Origin: Octopus bimaculoides
Lineage: Eukaryota
Assembly: GCF_001194135.2 (NCBI RefSeq)
Contig: NC_068985.1
Location: 16,898,166 to 16,952,691 of the forward strand
Length of the DNA: 54,526 nt
Direction: 5' to 3'
This document shows, piece after piece, positions 25,101 to 39,008 of the stretch (the first letter of the stretch is position 1; the number at the start of each line of letters is the position of its first letter). Below the pieces are notes generated by a model. The model saw only the letters and a list, made by a program, of their open reading frames with translations. It made no database searches and was not told the origin of the DNA. A program made the position numbers and the translations under genes.

Positions 25101-26484
25101 CAATTGTTAGTTTTATTATAACCACGTTTGAGCACACCGCATTATGCTTCTGGCAAACAGTGAAGCAATTTTGTAAATATTGTAATTACTTAGACAAATA
25201 AAATGTTATTCCAACAATGTTTGTAATTGATTTGTTATGGGATAATACTCAGCTAAACTTAATACCAACCAGCAAAGGTCCATCAACAAGCACGACATGT
25301 GATTTTAGAAAGATTTGGCTGTTACATCTTGCATGTTTTAAGATGATGAATTTTGAGGGGTTAATAGGAAATATGTATGAGATGTTTTGGTGCAACTGTT
25401 TTGGTCCCCATCTATTGGGAATCACAAATTCAATGCTGACTTATTTAGCATCAGACAGTTTAATGCTTCCTTTCTTCTTTCTCTTCGTCCTTCTTTCTTT
25501 ATGTGTGCTTGAGCAATTTCCTCTTTGTGTATGCGCCGAGGAAAAATATTTTTGTTAACCATGTTCAATTAAAAAATTGTTATCTCTCTCTCTCACTCTT
25601 TCTATCTGTATGTGTATGCATGTGCATGTATGTGTGTGTGTGTTTCCCTCCAGTGCCAAAATGTACAGCAGCCAAATCAGGTTGAGTGTCCAGTCAGATG
25701 TGTCAAATCATCAGCATCCAAGCAGCCATGCCCAATCATCTCATTCTGGTAATAACTGGCACTCTGTCAGTTACAGTGGTGAGGGTTCCATTGGATCCGA
25801 TCAACAGAAGAGCCTGTTCATGAAATTAACAAGTAAATGACTGAGTACTCCACAGACATGCATCCCATTGACGTAGTTCTCAAGGAGATTCAGTGTGATG
25901 CAGAATATAACAATGATAGCCCTTTGAAATACAGGTATAACTGATTTTAGCGAGCTGAGTCAACTATAGCAAAGTGAAAAAAGTGCCTTGCTCAAGGTCA
26001 CAATGCACTACAGGAAATCGAACTCACAACCTTATGAATCTAATACCCAAACCACTAAGCCATACACACATCAAATTAGATGGAAGAAATCATGTCATCA
26101 CTAGGGAGAAGTTGTTATGGAAGATGACTGTATAAACTGATCATGTAACATACAGGGAAACCAAATATGATTAAAATGGAGACCCCCACCACAAAAGATA
26201 AAAAATACTGATAATGTCGGATCAAAGGTTTTGCTACAGAAATATGGTAGTGGTGGAATGAAGAGAACCTGGGTTATAGAACTGAGACATGAGTCATGCA
26301 GCACCAACAATGAAACACACCACATCGGTTGATCAAAAGACTAAGAGACGTTGGAACTGAGATCTAGTTTTCACTTTTTATTCTGCAAGAATTTTTTCCA
26401 AAGTCTTTGAGAGCTGAAGAGACTTGATATTACAAAATTTTAACATATTAAGTTAGTAAACATGATCAACAGGGAACTTTGAAA

Positions 26485-26694
26485 ATGATGATGATGATGA
26501 TGATGATGATGACGCCGACGCTGATAATGACGATGACAATGACAACAATGATGGTGACGATAATGATGATGCTGCTGCTGATGATGATGATGGTGATGAT
26601 GATGATGACAATAATAATGACAGTAATGAGGACACTGGTGGTGATAGTATTGACAATAACAATAATGATGATGAAGTTGGTGGTAGTGATGGCA

Positions 26695-26733
<39 letters not shown>
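26485..26733. repeat. Imperfect (ATG/GAT)n trinucleotide microsatellite, ~250 bp
   Basis: Directly visible. Confidence 0.95.
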
Positions 26734-27218
26734 TTGGTTGTTGTTGTAAACTATTGATTTATTTATTTATAATAAGTATGTATAAGCTCATGTATAATAA
26801 ATTAAACTAATAAGCTTTGCTGTGTATTTATCCCATTGTGACAATATCTAAATATACAGACAAGACCAAAAGTTTAGAGGAAAGGTTCAGCCAATTAAAT
26901 TGACTACAGTACTTGATTAGTGTTTTATTTTATCAACTCTGGAGGGGCAAAAGGTAGAATTTGAACACAGAATATTAAAAGACTTAACTAATTACCTAGT
27001 GACATTTCGTCTAACATTCTAGAAATTCTGCCTCCCCACCACCCTCATTAATCTTATTATGTTACCATAAATTTGGCACTGTAATGGAAGCAATTATAAG
27101 TGAAATAAAAGTAATGTCTAAAAAATTATAAACATTATTTTATACATGATCACTTTTCAAAAATACTATTATGTTCATAATTTCTTTTGTCTTGGTACAA
27201 ACACAACTGTTTTAATAT

Positions 27219-27790
27219 ATTAGGTTATTCAGAAAATAATGGCCGATTTTGAAAATAAGCCTACATTCATGAAAAACTGAACTTACACAAAGGTTTAATT
27301 ATTCAAAATATGATTCATGAACAGCTTTGTATTTCTACCATTGGTTAACAAGGTCATTTATGTCGCTTCAATAAAAATCCAAAGGTTTTGATGCCAAGAA
27401 ATCCTTGAATTCAGTTTTGACCTTTGTTTTGGAACAGAAGGCTTTTTGCCTTAAAAAAGTATCTAGATACTTGAAAATGTGATAGTTGGTGGACGAAAGA
27501 ATTGGGAGAATATGGAAGATGTGGTAAAGTTTCTTATCCCAAGTCTGCGAGCTTCTGCAGGTCATCTTGGAAACTTGCAGTTGAGTGTTGTTGTGGAGCA
27601 GAATTGGATGACATCGATTAACAAGTGCAGGTCTCATTTTGTGCAAGTGAACATGCACTTCTTCCAGTTGTTTACAAGTAAACTTCTGATGTAATGTTCT
27701 GATTAGGTTCCAGAAAGCTGCTTTGTTTTCAAATGCTGATCACCACAGGTGGATGAATGTTCTCTACCTTCTTATAAGAATGTTGAACCG
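27219..27790 (-). mobile_element. 3' half of a mariner element
   Basis: ORF with ILLHNN, HIFKYLDTFLRQK and DFLASKPLDFY. TA plus terminal repeat ttaggttattcagaaaataatggccg at ~27219-27245. Confidence 0.82.
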
Positions 27791-28485
27791 GATGCTTTAT
27801 AGTATTTGTTTCAGCTCTTTATATTCTGAGTTCAAATCTCACCATGATCTACTTGAGTAGTAGACTTAATCTATCACCTAGTTTAACACCAATACCTGAT
27901 ACCCTTGGTGTCATTAGTGGAATATACACCATGGCAAGCATTTATGCCAAATCTCCAGTTTGAAGATAACTCTCTTCCTCCCTCCCAGCAATCCAGGATG
28001 CCTCTGTGAAGGGCCATGTGCAGTATCTTCTTCTTGATTTAAATATGAAGAAGGAAAAAAAAATAATAACTTCATCATTTTATTCTATTTTTGCTGAAGA
28101 ACAAGAACCTGAAATGTTAGACTATCTAGTCTTCATGGCAACATTCTCTGGACCCTGCAATTTTAATCTTCATTTTAACTATTATACTTATGTTAATTCC
28201 AATTCCACATCTACAAAGCTTTTGGTTCCATCAGAGATTGTGCAGTTATTTAATTCCAAGTATTGTCAACATGGTCCTCCTCATGTTTTCAACATATTTA
28301 CATTTTAATGACATTTAAATGAAAGATATCAAATGTTATTGTAATTAATTTCTTGAGAAATACAGATATTTGGTTACTGTTTTAGTGTCTCAAATATTAT
28401 CTGAATATGAAAATGGTTCCAGAAACAAAATTATTTGACTGGAAATCTAAATTCAAACTACTTTCCCAGGCATAATCATTTTTAA

Positions 28486-28815
28486 TCTGTTATTTTTGAA
28501 TTCTTGTCAAAACTGAAGTTAGACAAAATTTCATTAATTTCATATTTGGGGAACATGTTAGTGCACCAATTAGGAAACATCTTTTGTTTATAGTTTCGAG
28601 AAACTAAAGCATCATTTGAATTTTGTATTTCTTGACTTTCTTTCCAGTTCATTTGGAATTTTACATGGTGTCTACTTGGTTGTATTGCAGACTGTTGGTC
28701 ATTTATGTCGCACAAGAGATTTTCAATTTGATTCAAGTCCAGATCATTATTATTTTCCAAAACATTTGGTCTGTATAAGTAATAGATATTACTTTGTAAA
28801 TCAGAGCATAGCTCT
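28486..28815 (-). pseudogene. Partial duplicate of the SEFIR-extension part of the IL17R terminal exon
   Basis: Near-identical to ~29590-29920 (LCSDLQSNIYYLYRPNVLENNNDLDLNQIENLLCDINDQQ...KNSKITD*). Separated from the gene by an RTE fragment, with no upstream SEFIR half. Confidence 0.85.
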
Positions 28816-28859
28816 GATTTCCATCTGTGTTACATCTACTTTGATTGCTCATCACTTAT

Positions 28860-29280
28860 TATATATATACAACAGTCATCATCCATGGACATCACTTGCC
28901 CAGACAAGTGCAATATTCTCTCTTACACACCACATCTGATTCCTTTTTATATTTGACTTTTTTTCCAATTCATTTATATTGTGTTAATTGTACACACTAA
29001 CATCACGCATCCAGTTGAACATGTTTGCTGCATGTCTTTCCAGTCCTCACAAAAATCTCTGCATTTAAGGCTCATGTTTTATCACCATGCGTAAACATCA
29101 TACAGTCTACCCTTCATTCTGAAAAAGAAACCCTTCTTTTATCTGTAGAAGTAGTAGCTCCCTGAAATTTCTTCACCTCATCCTTACTCACCCCCATGCA
29201 TTTGGTATACCCACTTCCACTCCTAATTTGGTTACTTAGATAAAAGAAGTTATTAATTTTTAGGGAGCTGTCTGAGCATT
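28860..29280 (-). mobile_element. RTE LINE fragment (post-RT region)
   Basis: Degenerate paralog of the RTE at 53460-54020 (FFYLSNQIRSG..., gaagggtagactgtatgat..., NWMRDVSV). Confidence 0.75.
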
Positions 29281-29417
29281 TCTAATACAAAGATGCTCAT
29301 AATGTTTACCATGTCCGTGTAATAGATTCTCTTAAATGCCACTCTTATATAAATTGTGAACATCAAGCTTATAATCTGGTTTGTGTCCTCTGAAATATTT
29401 GACCAGCAAATTATCCA

Positions 29418-30349
29418 CTAACACTCAAGTGTACTTTGTACATTTCTGTTATTTCTTTCATTAATCCTCTCTAGGAGAACAGATATCTGATCATTACCAG
29501 TTTCTGAAACAGTATAACTTATGCTGTCACCTCCGTTCAGTCTAGAGTTTATAAATGTATTGTTTTTATATACTTCAAATGACATAGAGTCAGAAATTTT
29601 TGAATTCTTGTCAAAACTGAAGTTAGACAAAGTTTCATTTATTTCAAATTTGGGGAACATGTCAGTGTACCAATTAGGAAACATCCTTTGTTTATAGTCT
29701 CGAGAAACTAAAGCATCATTTAAATTTTGTATTTCTCGACTTTCTTTCCAGTTCATTTGGAATTTTACATGGTGTCTACTTGGTTGTATTTCAGACTGTT
29801 GGTCATTTATGTCACACAAGAGATTTTCAATTTGATTCAAGTCCAGACTATTATTATTTCCCAAAACATTTGGCCTGTATAAGTAATAAATATTTTCTTG
29901 GGAATCAGAGCATAACTGAGAATTTTCAAAATTACTTAGATCTTCAAATGTTACATGAAAAATGTTTTTTAATTTATTCATATTATCTTTAGTGCAGAAT
30001 TTAACAAGCTCAATTGTAAAATCAGCCATTTCTTGACCAATTCCATTTTTTTCCTCATTCTGGTAATGATAATACAAACCATCTGAATGCACAATGATGA
30101 AGGTGTTGAAATAGTCATAAACATGTTGAATTTGTTTCTTAAGCAATTTGTTTCTTTTTAATTTCATTTTGTGGGAACTTCTGACATGTAAACTTGTATA
30201 ACTGTTTAGCATTATTGTTAGTTCTTTGACTGCGGCACAGTGCTCCATGGGGTAAGGGAAACATATAACCAAGCCTTGTTGCTGAGCTGTATCCTGGTTT
30301 ATGTTGGTGCACTGTAAATATTTCAAACATTTTCTTCTTTGAAGTATCA
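29418..30349 (-). CDS. IL17R-like terminal exon: juxtamembrane, SEFIR, IL-17RA-type extension, tail
   Basis: Longest real ORF in the window (310 aa); acceptor ctgatttacag|TG. SEFIR-like blocks LVICFPYPMEHCAAVKELTIMLNSY, FIIVHSDGLYY, DFTIELV and NIFHVTFED. These are followed by IENLLCDIND...NWKESREIQNLNDAL...QRMFPNWY, resembling the IL-17RA extension (FEEVYFRIQD...NYLRSPGGRQLRAAL...QVRCPDWF, from memory). Confidence 0.9.
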
Positions 30350-33300
30350 CTGTAAATCAGACAGATTGGAAAATTTTATATATAATATAAATTGTATATA
30401 TAAATTTTATGTTTCAATATAAGAAGAAAAGAAAAGAAAAAAAAGCATAAAACAGGAAATGGAAATGTAATACATTGATAACAATAAAATGAAATACATT
30501 GACAATAAGTGATAATTTTTTTTTACCACATGTCATGTTTATGTTTAGTTGTGCTCTGAAGGCAAGTATGATTACACACTAAACTGTAAGTGTTTAATCT
30601 TAGCATATAACAGTTGAAACAAAACAATGAAAATTCTAAGCGTATTTGAATCTTGTGAATATTATGTGGGAAATAGTTTTTAATGATGGGACTCAAAGTA
30701 GATAAAGCTATAAGTAATAGCATGTAAATACTGGGTTAAAAAAATCCCTTCGATAACCATGTGACAGTCTTTGACTTTTCCAAAGGGTTTTATTTAACCT
30801 AATATTTCCATGTTATTCTTTCTAGCTTTATCATGGCATATATAAAAATGTATAAATGTTGGGTTAAAACAAAAAAGAACAACATTTACACATTATTATT
30901 CATAGGTCCTTTATCAAGGCAGTGAACTGACCAAATTGTTAGTTTGCTGAACAAAAAGTGCTAAGCGGCAATTCTTTGAATTGAATGATAAACAGAAAAT
31001 TCACATTCAGACTTACTCTTTTACTTGTTTCAGTCACTTGACTGCGGCCATGCTGGAGCACCACCTTTAGTTGAGCAAATCGACCCCAGGACCTATTCTT
31101 TGCAAGCCTAGTACTTATTCTATCGGTCTCTTTTGCCAAACCGCTAAGTTACAGGGACGTAAACACACCAGCATCGGTTGTCAAGCGATGCTGGAGGACA
31201 AACACAGACACACAACCCCCCCCNNNNNNNNNNNNNNNNNNNNNNNNNNNNNNNNNNNNNCCCCCACACACACACACACATACATACATGCATACATATA
31301 TATAGTACGGGCTTCTTTCAGTTTCCGTCTACCAGATCCACTCACAAGGCTTTGGTCGGCCCGAGGCTATAGTAGAAGACACTTGCCCAAGGTGCCACGC
31401 AGTGGGACTGAACCCGGAACCATGTGGTTGGTAAGCAAGCTACTTACCACACAGCCACTCCTGCGCCTATACTTATTAACCGTCTTTTAATTCTGTGTTT
31501 GTTCTACTTTAAACACATTCACAGAGAAACTGAAACAGCTTCTAAATTTATAAAAATTATAAATTATAATCATCACATTTCAAAGATATACTTACTAAAT
31601 AAGCAGATAATCAAAGATAAAATCAAAACGAGGATCAAAATCCAAATAGCTGAGCCTTGACTACTGCCTTTCAGTGGCTGGATGTGTGTTGTGGAAAAAT
31701 AAGGTTGACTGGTTGTACTAATAAAACTCACTAAAATATATCAAAAGAAAATATTAATTCAACATATCAAATATCAACAGGGTAGGTCAAAAGTCATGCA
31801 CCAAAACATTTGACATTTTATTTATATCATGTTGTTATTATTATTATTATTATTATTCATTTTACTCATCATGTACAAGAACATGTGTATTCATCATCAT
31901 TTTCTTTATCTTAGAAAAATTGAAGCATGTTTTTGACAATTCCAGAGTGTGTTAACTTTTGGCCCACCCTGTATAAGTAACTTATTGGTGTAGAAGGAAA
32001 GAGATAGGGTCACTGCTACACATTAAGGCACCCAAGATCCTTTACATTTTATCTTTTACTTGTTTCTGTCATTAGTCTGTGGCCATTTGGGGGCACCAGA
32101 TGAGCAAATCAACCCCAGTACTTTTTCTTTGAAGCCTGATACTTATTCTATTAGTTCGTTTTGCCAAACCACTAAGTCACAGGTATGTAAACACACCAGC
32201 ACTAGTTGTCAGGTGGTGGTCACACACACACACATACATGCATGATGGGCTTCTTTCAGTTCTCCTCTATCAAATCCATTCACACGGCTCTGGTTGGCTC
32301 AAAGCTATAGTAGAAGACACTTGCCCAAGGTGTCACACAGTTGATTGAACCCAGAACCATGTGGTTGAGAAGCAAGCTTCTTATTTCTTTATTGCCCACA
32401 AGGGGCTAAGCATAGAGGGGACAAACAAGTACAGACGAACGAATTGAGTCGATAATATCGACCCCAGTGCGCAACTGGTACTTAATTTATCGACCCCGAA
32501 AGGATGAAAGGCAAAGTTGACCTCGGCGGAATTTGAACTCAGAACGTAACGGCAGATGAAATACTGCTAAGCATTTCGCCCGGCATGCTAATGATTCTGC
32601 CAGCTTCTTACCACACAACCATGCTTGTGCCTATCTAAAAGACAAAAAAAAAATGAAGAAAAATGTGATTTGATTGATTGGCATGAAGTCACACACTAAT
32701 ACCCTCCAAGTTCTGGCCTACAGACATACTGTCTCCTTTCTTTATTTTTTCAACTATTTCAACAACCTCTTTTCCTCAGAGCTCGCTGGTTTCATGCTAC
32801 TCAGGACTCACTCATTTTTCTTCCTCTCATCTCCTATATTGTGTTCATCACCTTAGGCCCTACACCCTGATATCTACTCCCTAAATGTTGGTTGTCTAAA
32901 ATGCTCATTTTACTTAACAGCTGTCCACTTGTAACTATTCAAGTCTCACTGGTCCCAAAGGGTCTTCCTAAAAACATAGACATAGTGCTTTGTTTCTGGT
33001 TAAAGAACTGAGAAGAAAAATTCCTGTGAATGAAACTAAGTTGTCAAAAGCTATATCGAAACCCGTTAGAAGAATTGTACCCATAATTCATAGAGCCAAC
33101 CTGGTACCATTATGAGTTGCCTTAATTCTGCCTAGGGGTTATTTTAAGGGTGAAAATGCTTATAGATCACTCCTCCAATTACATTGTGACATCTGATGGA
33201 TTGTACCTTAGTGTAAAGGCTTATTCTTGTCCCACAAGTCAACTTGAGAATTACATTAAAACTACAAATGTCTATCAAGTACTCGACCACTTAGACTATT

Positions 33301-34154
33301 CTGCAGACACAGAAATATTCTAACTGGTTGGGGTAGTCCCATTGATCAAAGAACTGGAATATTTGTTTCAAATTCTGCCACAAAGATAGCTATTTCAGGG
33401 GATGGGGCAAGCCAATTATACCAACCCCAGCACTCAACTGGTACTTATTTTATCAACCCCAAAAAGGATGACAGGCAAAGTCAATCTCAGCAGAATTTGA
33501 ACTCAGAACATAAGGACATACAAAATGCTACTAAGCATTTTCTCCAGCAAAATTCTGCTAGCTTGCTGCCTAAAAGAACAGGAATATTAATTGTTAAAAC
33601 CAAAAACAAATCCATTTATTTTACTTTGGTTTCTTTAATAAAACGAAAGTAACAGAATTGAAATTTAAATTTCAAATAATCAAAATTTAAGTGGTTTTTC
33701 TCACCTGGTGCCAGTGTAGTTTCCTGTTCAAAATCTCCACACAAGTTTTGTTTTGCTTGAAGCTCTGAAGAAGTGTTCCAATTACCTTGACACAAAAGTC
33801 AACATATTAATTAGCCACGAAAGTAGAATTGCATTTGAAAATTAAATTCTTACCAAGAGAAATAATGTCAGTATAAAATAGAGTTGAAATGCTGCATAAA
33901 ACTTAATATCGAATCAGTGTTTTTAGTTGTAAAGATAGATGAGATACCATTATAAAATCTTTAAAAAGATATTGATTCCTTAAGTTTATTGCTAGAAGTT
34001 AGAATCTACCAAAAACAGAGAGGAAATCAATTAAAATAGCATATCTGGTACAATAATGAAATTATAACTGCTATAAGTGAAGAAATCAAATATTTTATGT
34101 AACTGATAACGATTTTCACTCAATATATATTTATTTGCATATATATTTTAGCAT

Positions 34155-34215
<61 letters not shown>

Positions 34216-34824
34216 TATAGAGTGTTATTATGGCTAGACAGTGTTGATCATATGTCTACTCCAATAAAGATAACTTGCAGCTAAGCAACAAACCGATCAA
34301 CCAACCAAAATATATAAGTGAGCCGTTTTGTGATCGCTTGACATGCTAGAAATAGTAGCCAAATCTTCCTCAAATCACACCCTACTATCTTGCTAAAAGA
34401 AAGACATATCAAACTATGTAATCAAAAACATAGGATAATCATGGCTGAAAAGGTTTTTATCATGAATTTGCTAAATGAGGCTGACCTAAGAGTAAACAAG
34501 AAGGAAGACCAACTACAACAGAACAATTTCATTCAAGAAAAGGCCATTTTATCTTTCCCAATCAAGATCTAAATAGAATAATTGAAATTTGAAAAATGTT
34601 CGTAAGTTTTTTGCCATTCAAAATAGAACTGTCACATTACTTACATGGAATCCTTAAAAATGTAGCTAAGTATGGTTTGTTAAGTTGTAAGGGCTTCACC
34701 TAAACAATCATATAAAGAAATGAAGAATAAACATACATTTAAAAAGAGACACTAAAACATGCACTTTTGATAATAATTACTATGTAAAAATAGACTATTA
34801 CTTTATGGATGTACATGAATTAGA

Positions 34825-34867
<43 letters not shown>

Positions 34868-34877
34868 NNNNNNNNNN

Positions 34878-34912
<35 letters not shown>

Positions 34913-37555
34913 TATATATATATATAATGCAATCTCTCCTTCATTGGACACTATACTCTGTTTATGAAAACCTGTTGGGGTAAGTGAAATCGAAATCGAA
35001 ATTGTAAGTGAACCATATTCGCTGACTGGCACTAACAGCACCGTCTCTAACATTTGCAATTTTTTAAATTCTCCAAGATCATATCTTCACAAAGACAGAC
35101 GAGATATTGCTGAGCATTTTGCCTGGAACGATAACAGCTCTACCAGCTTGCTACCTTTGTCAAAGGCACATATTAACAACTAAGCTTCAGTGACTGCATT
35201 GCAGATGTAACAATGAAAAGGTTGACACCAAATAATGAATATTTAAGTAAGTCAACGGTTTTTGCATGTTCCTGAATGGTTAATATGTGTCTTCCATATT
35301 GTAATTATATGAAATATATTGTTATATAAGCATGTCTAATGTTGTAGTGACATTGATCAATAGATGTCCAAGCTGAGCACCAACCATTGAACACTTGGTG
35401 AATGGATTCATTGAAACGTTTTGTATTTAAGTGCACCCTATTGGCTGTTTAATATTTAACACCTGCTGTTTCTATTGAATTAGAAAATCTAGGTCAATAG
35501 ACAAATTTTAATCTGCAATAAATTTATTTCATTTCATAAGTCAATGGAGTTCTATAATGCTCATAGGCTTTTGTTTTTGCAACCCAAACTATAATTTTTA
35601 CAAAATTTTATAAAATCTACTTAGAGTAAGGTCTCTTATTAATTTCAAACCTTGGAAATTGCTCATTCATTAATGTCATTTGTTAAGTTAAATCAGCTTA
35701 TAATTATTTAAAAGCAAACAATACAATATGAATAATCATCTAAACAGTCCTGTAATTCGTTCAATGAATTTGTTTTGGTCATTGGCTGTGGCTATGCTGG
35801 GGCACTACTTTGAAAAGATTTAGTCAGATAAATTGACCTCAGGACTTATTTTTAAGTCTAGTACTTAGTCCACCATTCTCTTTTGCCAAACTGCTAAGTT
35901 ATGGGGATATAAAATCAATACTTATAGCAAGCAGTCGTAGGGTGTGGGTGGGGGAAGACAAATACAGACACAAAAACACGCTCATATATATATATATCCA
36001 GCTGTAGAAACTCTGCCAAATCAGAGTGGAGCCTGGTATAGCCATCTGGTTTCACCAGTCCTCAGTCAAATCGTCCAACCCATGCTAGCATGGAAAGCGG
36101 ACATTAAACGACGATGATGATGATGATGATGATATATAAATATCACCATCATCATCCTTTAATGTCCGTTTATCATGTTAACATACATACATACATACAT
36201 ATATACATCTTTTTGAAAATCAAAGAAAAAGAGGATACCTATGGACAACTACTTCAAAACCTCCAGCTTCTATATTCAGACTATGAATTCATATTCATAC
36301 CAATAATAATTGGAGCATTAGGTTTTGTTAGTAAATGCTTAAAGGAGAATCTGGATAAACTGGGATTTTCAGAAAGAGAAATCTACCGGCTAATTCGTAC
36401 ATTACAAGTGCAGTCTGTAAGTGGAACAGTAAAAATATGCAAGACTTTTCTCAAGTTCCAAATGTGAATTTGCCTGTGTCAACTACATCCCAAAAACGGA
36501 GCCTTGTATCTTTGTTGGAAACCGGTTACCTCCTCAGTGGAAGATTTATAAAAATTAAAAAATAGAAGAGAGAGAGAGAGACATCCATACATACACAAAC
36601 ACAATGAGTTTCCATGGCTTCCACCTACCAAATTCACTCATAAGGCATTGGTGAGCTTGACTCTATAGTAGAAGACACTTGCCTAAGGTTCTGTTCAGTT
36701 GGACTGAACCCAAAACCACATGGTTGCCTATGCTTGTGTCTATTAATATTTAACTATTTTCGAAGAAATCTTTAAATTACTCACCATTACTCGATACGTT
36801 CGTTTACATTCTTGGAAGCAAGAGTAGTTGAAAAAAACCTGGGCTTTTTTGGTTTGATGATGCTTCAGAAAAAAAGGATTAAATCTAGTTAATTTTCATT
36901 TAAAAACATATGCCTATTTCTTTTAAAAATCATATAATATTCAATTAACAATTACAAGAATTTTTAATTACAATTTTATATGACAAAATAGTTATTAGTT
37001 TTATTTGTTATCTATTAAGAATGATATATTAAACATCATAGGTGGTGTCAAACTTGTCTTGTGATATTTAGTTAATTGACTTTATACTCTGAGCCCAAAT
37101 CCCTATGAAGGTCAGTTTTGTTGTTTATTTTCCAGGGTGGTGAAGTAAGCACCAGTTAAGTAATGGAGTCAATCTAATCAACAGAATGTGTTCTATGTCC
37201 TCCCCAACCAAAACATGTGATTTGTGTTCGTGTTAGAAATCAATATTTTATTTCCTATTCTAGGTGGCAATGTGGCAGAACCATTAGCATGTTGGGCAAA
37301 ATGTCAGGCAGCATTTTGTCTTCAATAATACTAGAACAGTCTTACAATGTTCATCATGTTGTTGTTGTTGTTGTTGTTGCTGCTGTTGCTGCTGCTGTTT
37401 AGCTATACGTTGCCTCTGATTGAACAGGTTAACAATCAAAGGATTCCAGCTGTAATTATTGCATCTTATATATCTTGTAAGTGAAGAAACCACATAGAGT
37501 TCCTTCACTGGTTCAGAGCTTATCATCAAATTGCAACGATAAACTAAGAGATGGT

Positions 37556-37603
<48 letters not shown>

Positions 37604-38960
37604 CAGTAATAATATAGCAGACTTGTAGAAGCTGGTGAGAACTGAGGTAAAGAATATCTTTTGGATGTGTAATGGTGACTTATATGAAAAGCAGGGCACA
37701 AGAGTAGCTAGGCATTAAAGGCTTTAGCCAATGTGTTTGGTGGACAATTGTACTTGTATGGACATACAGTGAAAATGCTAAGAGAAAAACTATTATATGA
37801 GTCAGTCAGAGATAACTAAAGCAGAGAAAAACCAATAAGGAAGAGAGGGTCTCAAAGAAAAAATATTAAAAAAAAAGTTGAAGTGATTCATCTATTTCAT
37901 TTCAATAAAGGAAAATATTGATTTCTAACATTGGTGTAAGGCCAAACAGTTTTCAAGGGACAGTATTAGTTACTGCCTTATTGTTTCATCGTATTGATCC
38001 TGGAAGGATAAAAGCTAAATTGATCTTGGCAGCATTTGAACTGAGAATATAAAGGAACATAACTAAATCTAGCAATTCTAATAGAAAAATGATATTGGTT
38101 TCAAATTCTGGCACAAGGCCAGTAATTTCAGGAGATGGGTAAGTTGATTACATCAGCCTCATTGCTCATTTGGTACTTTTCTTTTCTACCCCAAAAGGCT
38201 GAAAGGCAAAGTCGACCTCGACAAAATTTGAACTCAGAATATAAAGATGGATGAAATGCAGTTAAGCATTTTGCCCAGCATGCTAATGGTTCCACGAATT
38301 CACAATCTAATAAAAAAAAGTAATATTAAAACAAAGAAGATAATGATAATGTTGATATTAATAATAATAAGTATGATAATATACACAAGCAAACATTTAT
38401 CTTGTACGTGTATGAGAGGAGATATAATTTATGCTTCAATTTACCATATGAAATGTTTGCTCACACCATGTTATCAGCAATGGATCATTTTTTAAAGTGA
38501 CGGATACATTATACTTTGCAGTTCTTTTGTCCAGATGGCTTAAACTAATTGCTAAAAATTCTTTTTCATTCTTACAATGGAATGACACACACTCTGCAAG
38601 AGACAGGAAGCAATATACATTTGTGAATTGTCAAGAAATTACTGTAGAGTTGAATAACAAATGTTTAAACATCAAATTATGTAATAGTGGTTGGTTATTC
38701 AGGTCAGGTGTTTGAATTTATAGATTGGTGTCTAACTGTAAAGACTGATGGCTGGGTTAATAGACTAATATGCTTTTAGCTTTTGGCTTTTACTTTTTTC
38801 AGTCATTAGATTGTGGCCAAGCTGGGGCACTGCCTTGAAGAATTTTTAGTCAAATGGATTGACCCCTATCATGGTAAGTTATGGAGATGTAAACACACCA
38901 ACACTGGTTGTCAAGTGGTGGTGGTGGACAAACACAGAGGCAAAGACACATACACATAGA

Positions 38961-39008
<48 letters not shown>

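Noticed and set aside
25577-25840. 87-aa ORF (MYSSQIRLSVQSDV...) as a plus-strand exon
   Set aside because: Its 3' half runs into repeat-like sequence also seen at ~17570-17720 and ~23760-23880, and its phase does not continue the 20443 exon except to a stop after 10 codons.
26453-26757. Poly-Met and poly-Ser ORFs
   Set aside because: These are translations of an (ATG)n microsatellite.
30523-30723. Minus-strand ORF with a donor at ~30526 as the exon preceding SEFIR
   Set aside because: It has no TM segment; exon 31730-31596 has better splice sites and supplies the TM in the correct phase.
33854-34006. Exon-like segment with acceptor 34006 and donor 33854
   Set aside because: All three frames contain stops, and the chain 34645 to 33785 is already in frame without it.
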